Assembly (NCBI GenBank): GCA_001783145.1
Contig: MFQT01000002.1
Span: 24,941 to 88,940 of the forward strand
Direction: 5' to 3'
Length of the DNA: 64,000 nucleotides
Origin: Candidatus Magasanikbacteria bacterium RIFOXYB2_FULL_38_10
GTDB taxonomy: Bacteria > Patescibacteriota > Patescibacteriia > Magasanikbacterales > UBA10003
Of this stretch, positions 59,583 to 64,000 are shown one piece after another; position 1 is the stretch's first letter, and each line of letters begins with the position of its first letter. The notes beneath the pieces were generated by a model. It was not told the DNA's origin. It did no database searches and worked only from the letters and a program-made list of their open reading frames with translations. Both the position numbers and the translations under genes were made by a program.

Positions 59583-60695
59583 ATGAACATTGGCATCGAT
59601 GCCAGATTTTATTCTGAAGCAGGCGGCCTTGGCCGTTATGTAAAAGAGCTTATAAAAGAACTGGAAAAACAGGATTCCGGCAATTTTTATCATATTTTTC
59701 TCAATCAGGAAGGATTTAAAGAATATAATCCAATCAACCCCTATTTTAAAAAAATCTTAGCCGATGTTAAATGGTACACCTTGGCGGAACAGATAAAAAT
59801 GAAAAAAATAATTGCGGCGCAACCAATAGACTTGATGCATTTTCCTCATTGGAATATTCCTTTTTTCTACCGCCGCCCTTTTGTTATCACCATTCATGAT
59901 TTAATTCTTTTAAAATTTCCCTCCCGCCGGGCTTCTACTTTAGGACCTTTAAAATATTGGATTAAAAATCTTGCTTACCGTTTAATTTTAAAACACGCCA
60001 TACGATCTTCTAAAAAAATTTTTGCCCCTTCCAATTTTGTTAAAGAAGATATTTTAAATAATTTTAAAGTCCCGGCAAAAAAAATAATTATCACCCACGA
60101 GGGATTGACGGTTCTCCCCCCTCCTAATCCGGACACCGCCGCCGCAATTCTCCAAAAATTTTCTCTCCAAAAACCGTATTTTCTTTATGTCGGAGTAAGT
60201 TATCCTCATAAAAATTTGGAAAAATTAATTTTGGGTTTTAAAAAATTTCAAGAACAAGAAAAAAAATCTCAATTGGTTTTGGTCGGCAAAAAAAATTACT
60301 TTTATGAAAAATTAGAAAAATTCTCCGAGCAAAATAAGGTGCCTAATGTAATTTTTACGGATTTTGTAACTAATGATGAATTAGCCACTCTGTATCAAAA
60401 CGCTAAGGCCTATGTTTTTCCCAGTCTTTGTGAAGGTTTTGGCTTACCTCCCTTGGAAGCCATGTCGTTTAATCTGCCAATAGCTTCCTCCAACACCTCT
60501 TGTTTGCCGGAAATCTTAGGCAATGCCGCCTTATATTTTAACCCCGTCTCTTCTGCCGACATAACCGAAGCCTTAAAAAGGCTGACAACGGATGAAAAAC
60601 TACGCCAAAAATTAATCTCTGCCGGGCAAGAGAGAATCAAGTTCTTTTCCTGGCAAAATTGTGCACAACTTACCTTACAAGAATACTTAAAATAA
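59583..60695 (+). CDS. Glycosyltransferase family 4 (mannosyltransferase-like)
   Basis: IGIDAR, TIHDL, PHKN, EGFGLPPLEAM. Confidence 0.92.
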   Translation: MNIGIDARFYSEAGGLGRYVKELIKELEKQDSGNFYHIFLNQEGFKEYNPINPYFKKILADVKWYTLAEQIKMKKIIAAQPIDLMHFPHWNIPFFYRRPFVITIHDLILLKFPSRRASTLGPLKYWIKNLAYRLILKHAIRSSKKIFAPSNFVKEDILNNFKVPAKKIIITHEGLTVLPPPNPDTAAAILQKFSLQKPYFLYVGVSYPHKNLEKLILGFKKFQEQEKKSQLVLVGKKNYFYEKLEKFSEQNKVPNVIFTDFVTNDELATLYQNAKAYVFPSLCEGFGLPPLEAMSFNLPIASSNTSCLPEILGNAALYFNPVSSADITEALKRLTTDEKLRQKLISAGQERIKFFSWQNCAQLTLQEYLK

Positions 60696-60734
60696 TGTAT
60701 AATAGTAGTATTAAGGAAACATTATTTTAAGCCC

Positions 60735-63152
60735 ATGCCGAGGAGAGAAAAAAACCCAGAAATCCAATCCCGGGATTTAGGTTTTACTCACAAATTCATT
60801 CCGATTTTTTTTAATCAAGAGGAAAAAAATTCCCCTTATGTTTTAGATTTGCCTCAAAAACTCACCCCCCCGTCTTCGGCACCTTGGCAGCCAACCCAAC
60901 TGGACAAAATTTTAAGCAATCCCTTAGCAGAAATTGATAAAATTAAAATTCCGGAAAAATTTTCCCCGACTCCCAAAATTAAATTGGATTTTAAACCTTT
61001 TGCAGAATCACGCTGGCAAAAAATTAAAGACGAATTATCTTTTTCTTGGCCTCATTTTTCTGCCCCGGCTCTTAAAATTCAGCCTAAAAAAGCAAAGCTC
61101 ATTTTGCCAATAGCCTCTTCACCAGTTAAATTAAAAAATTCAAAAACTTCTAAAAATTACAAAGCTTATTTTCCTTTAGTTTTACCTAACTGGCAAAAAG
61201 CCGCTTTAAGTTTTACAGCTATGGCTTTACTTTTTGTTTTGCCTGTTAAAGCCTTCTCCGCCTATTACCAACTTCGTGATTCCCAAGAAAACATTATTAC
61301 CGCCGGCACAGAGGCTTTTCAGGATTTAAAAGACGGGGAAACAGCCTTACAAAATGGAAATTTACCCGAGGCCGCTAGTAAGTTGCAAAGCGCTCTGGAT
61401 TCTTTTGCTTTGGCTCAAAACAAACTTAACGAAATCAATCCTGTTTGGAGAAGCTTGCTTTATTTAACCCCCAAAATTGGCAACAAATTAAAAAACGGTG
61501 AAGAGTTAATGCTGGCCGGAACCAATTTAACCATGGGTTCCCTGCCTATTCTTTATCTCTTAAACAATAAAAATAATTCACCAATTTCTTTGCAAAATAT
61601 TAAAGAAACTCTAGATAAAATTGCTCCGCGTTTTGCCAAAACTAAACAAAATTTAATGGCAATTGACCCTGATTTTTTGCCGGAAGAAAATCAAACAGCC
61701 TTTTTAAAAATCCGCGAAGCTATTTTTGCCCTTAACAACGATTTACAAAAAATTTCTTCACTCTCTAACAGTCTTTTGGCGGCGGCCGGCACAAATACAG
61801 AAAAAACTTATCTATTAATTTTCCAAAATAATAATGAAATTCGCCCTACCGGTGGTTTTATTGGCAGTTTTGCCGAGATTAAGATAAAAAATGGTCAAAT
61901 TGTTAAATTAGACATCCCCAGCCAAGGATCTTATGCTCTTCAAGGAAATCAAGTAGCCGAAGTCTTACCGCCTATCCCCTTACAACTGCTCCAACCTCGT
62001 TGGGAGTTTCGTGATGCTAATTGGTTTCCGGATTTTCCCACCTCGGCCAAAAAACTGATGTGGTTTTATGAAAAAAGCGGAGGCCCTACGGTTGACGGCG
62101 TAATTGCTTTAGACACCGTGCCTTTTATTGATCTTATTAAAATAATTGGAGCGATAGAAATGCCTAAATACAATTTAACTATCAATCCAAATAATGTTAT
62201 AGAAACTGTTCAACAACAGGTAGAAATGGATTATGATAAAGAAAAAAACGCGCCTAAAGAAATTTTAGGTGATTTAGCTCCTTTAATTTTAGAAAAACTT
62301 TTTAGCGATAAAAACAATCTCCTACCTCTGCTCTCTTCAATCAATAAAAATCTAGCCCAAAAACATATCCAATTTTATTTCACTAATCCGGTGCTGGAAA
62401 AAGAAATTCTGGCGCAAAATTGGGGCGGGGAAATTAAAACCGGCACAGGAGATTATCTAGCGGTTATTTCTGCCAACATCGGCGGAGATAAAAGCGACAA
62501 AGTTATAGAACAACAGGTTAATCACCAATCCCAAATTTTAGAAGATGGCAGTATTATAGATACGGTGACAATAACCAGGAAACATCCGGGTAGCGAGAGT
62601 TTCTTTTCTCAATCCAAAAATAATGACTATCTGCGTTTTTATGTCCCCGCCGGCAGTCAACTTTTGTCAGCGGAGGGTTTTAACTGGCCGGATGAATCCA
62701 CTTATCGCATTCCGGAAAAATGGTACAAACTAGACGAGGATTTACAAAAAATTGAACAAAACAAGACGGTTGATATTAAAACCGGTACCATTACCACCCA
62801 AGAATTTGGAAAAACTGTCTTTGCCAATTGGCTAGTAATTAAACCCCTGGAAACCGTGACGGCCAAAATTATTTATCTTTTACCCTTTAAAGTTAAGGTG
62901 CCCACAACGCAAAAGAACTTGGGTACGGTTTTGGCTAATTTTTTCAAACAAAATAAAAACTATTCATCATATTCTTTGTTGGTGCAAAAACAAGCAGGCA
63001 CAAATTTTGATGCTTTCTCTACCAAAATTGAATGGCCCAAAGAATGGAATATCCTTTGGACTAATCAGGAAGTTAGCACCGAAGGCAACCAAGCGGTTCT
63101 TTCAACCAATTTGATTGAAGACAATTTCTTGGGTTTAGTTTTTGAAAACTAA
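60735..63152 (+). CDS. DUF4012-domain protein
   Basis: FQNNNEIRPTGGFIGS, RDANWFPDFPTSA, DGVIA, NIGGDKSD. Confidence 0.85.
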   Translation: MPRREKNPEIQSRDLGFTHKFIPIFFNQEEKNSPYVLDLPQKLTPPSSAPWQPTQLDKILSNPLAEIDKIKIPEKFSPTPKIKLDFKPFAESRWQKIKDELSFSWPHFSAPALKIQPKKAKLILPIASSPVKLKNSKTSKNYKAYFPLVLPNWQKAALSFTAMALLFVLPVKAFSAYYQLRDSQENIITAGTEAFQDLKDGETALQNGNLPEAASKLQSALDSFALAQNKLNEINPVWRSLLYLTPKIGNKLKNGEELMLAGTNLTMGSLPILYLLNNKNNSPISLQNIKETLDKIAPRFAKTKQNLMAIDPDFLPEENQTAFLKIREAIFALNNDLQKISSLSNSLLAAAGTNTEKTYLLIFQNNNEIRPTGGFIGSFAEIKIKNGQIVKLDIPSQGSYALQGNQVAEVLPPIPLQLLQPRWEFRDANWFPDFPTSAKKLMWFYEKSGGPTVDGVIALDTVPFIDLIKIIGAIEMPKYNLTINPNNVIETVQQQVEMDYDKEKNAPKEILGDLAPLILEKLFSDKNNLLPLLSSINKNLAQKHIQFYFTNPVLEKEILAQNWGGEIKTGTGDYLAVISANIGGDKSDKVIEQQVNHQSQILEDGSIIDTVTITRKHPGSESFFSQSKNNDYLRFYVPAGSQLLSAEGFNWPDESTYRIPEKWYKLDEDLQKIEQNKTVDIKTGTITTQEFGKTVFANWLVIKPLETVTAKIIYLLPFKVKVPTTQKNLGTVLANFFKQNKNYSSYSLLVQKQAGTNFDAFSTKIEWPKEWNILWTNQEVSTEGNQAVLSTNLIEDNFLGLVFEN

Positions 63153-63163
63153 ATTTTATTTTT

Positions 63164-64000
63164 ATGCCCAGAAAAATAAAAAAAACCGATCCCCTTTTGA
63201 ATCCGGATAATACAGAGCCGGAATTTTTTTCAGAAAAAGTAAGAGAGATAACCCAACCCAAACCCAGAATCAGAAAAAATGGAGATTTTACAAAACAAAT
63301 CGCCAGTATTTATGAAAATGCCTCGCCTCAAATGGTAGCTCTTAAGAAAAAAAACAAGGGAGGTAAATTTATATTTTTAACCATTCTGTTTTTAGCTTTT
63401 CTAACAGCTATTTCTTGGGCCGGCTTCTTTTTATTTGGACAAGGTCCTAATTTTTCCGAAGATAAAATAGCCATCTCCATAAAAAATGAAACCCCCCTCC
63501 AATTTGGCCAAGAAATTATTTACGATGTGGAAATAAACAACTCCAGCCGCGCACCTTTGAACGATGGTCTTTTGACGATGCGCTATCCTAATAATTTTAA
63601 ATTTATTTCCGCCGACCCTTCCCCCCACAACAATGACGACAAAGAATGGGATACCGGGACTTTGGCTCCGGGGAAAAAATTTTTAGTTAAAATAAAAGGC
63701 CTAATTTATGATTCAACCACAGCAGAAATTAGCTGGCAAGCTCTTTTAAATTACAAACCGGGTGATTTAAGCGCGGAATTTCAAAAAATAAATATTTTAA
63801 AACAAAAAATAGAACCTTTCGCTGTTGATTTAAAATTAACAGCCCCTCCTACCGCTGAAACAGGGACTTCTTTGCCTTTTACAATTTCCCTAGAGAATAA
63901 GAGTGAAAAAACCTTGGAAAACCTGCAAATATCCTTGATTCTTCCTTCGGGATTTAGAAACTTAACCGTCCCTAACAATACTTGGTTAATCAACAAATTC
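63164..64000 (+). CDS. Membrane-anchored protein with Ig-like/DUF11-like domains (partial, runs off the right edge)
   Basis: ATG at 63164 (MPRKIKKTDP), TM helix FIFLTILFLAFLTAISWAGFFLF; no terminated ORF in this frame in the track. Confidence 0.7.
   Translation, partial: MPRKIKKTDPLLNPDNTEPEFFSEKVREITQPKPRIRKNGDFTKQIASIYENASPQMVALKKKNKGGKFIFLTILFLAFLTAISWAGFFLFGQGPNFSEDKIAISIKNETPLQFGQEIIYDVEINNSSRAPLNDGLLTMRYPNNFKFISADPSPHNNDDKEWDTGTLAPGKKFLVKIKGLIYDSTTAEISWQALLNYKPGDLSAEFQKINILKQKIEPFAVDLKLTAPPTAETGTSLPFTISLENKSEKTLENLQISLILPSGFRNLTVPNNTWLINKF

Overview
AT-rich bacterial chromosome segment using the standard code 11. Gene content points to Patescibacteria/CPR, probably an ABY1/Magasanikbacteria-like lineage (inference). 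The backbone is housekeeping: rsmA, Sua5, prfB, groEL/groES with CIRCE, yidC, nusA, argS/tyrS/valS, CCA enzyme, RluD, cmk, rplS, uvrA, secG, rnj, rnpB, four tRNAs and a surface-polysaccharide cluster. Four CDSs are missing from the ORF track: a >2679-aa Cys-rich secreted protein running off the left edge (8037 to <1, minus), a 44-aa TrmB fragment, a 56-aa very GC-rich ORF and a partial ORF at the right edge. The most striking pattern is six stand-alone single-gene units. Each has a sigma70-type promoter with a 17-bp spacer, a Shine-Dalgarno-like site (lacking in the resident genes I inspected) and its own intrinsic terminator. Several also have a boxA-like leader and look more GC-rich than the backbone. 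One encodes a Myxococcota/Desulfobacterota-like PilB with all main catalytic motifs degenerate. Other notable items are a tRNA-Ile(UAU) 4 nt downstream of an HTH/LAGLIDADG-like gene, an O-antigen ligase-radical SAM fusion, tandem multi-TM histidine kinases beside an acyl-ACP-reductase-like gene, and a MITE-like structured element. All family assignments come from motif recognition by eye, not database searches.
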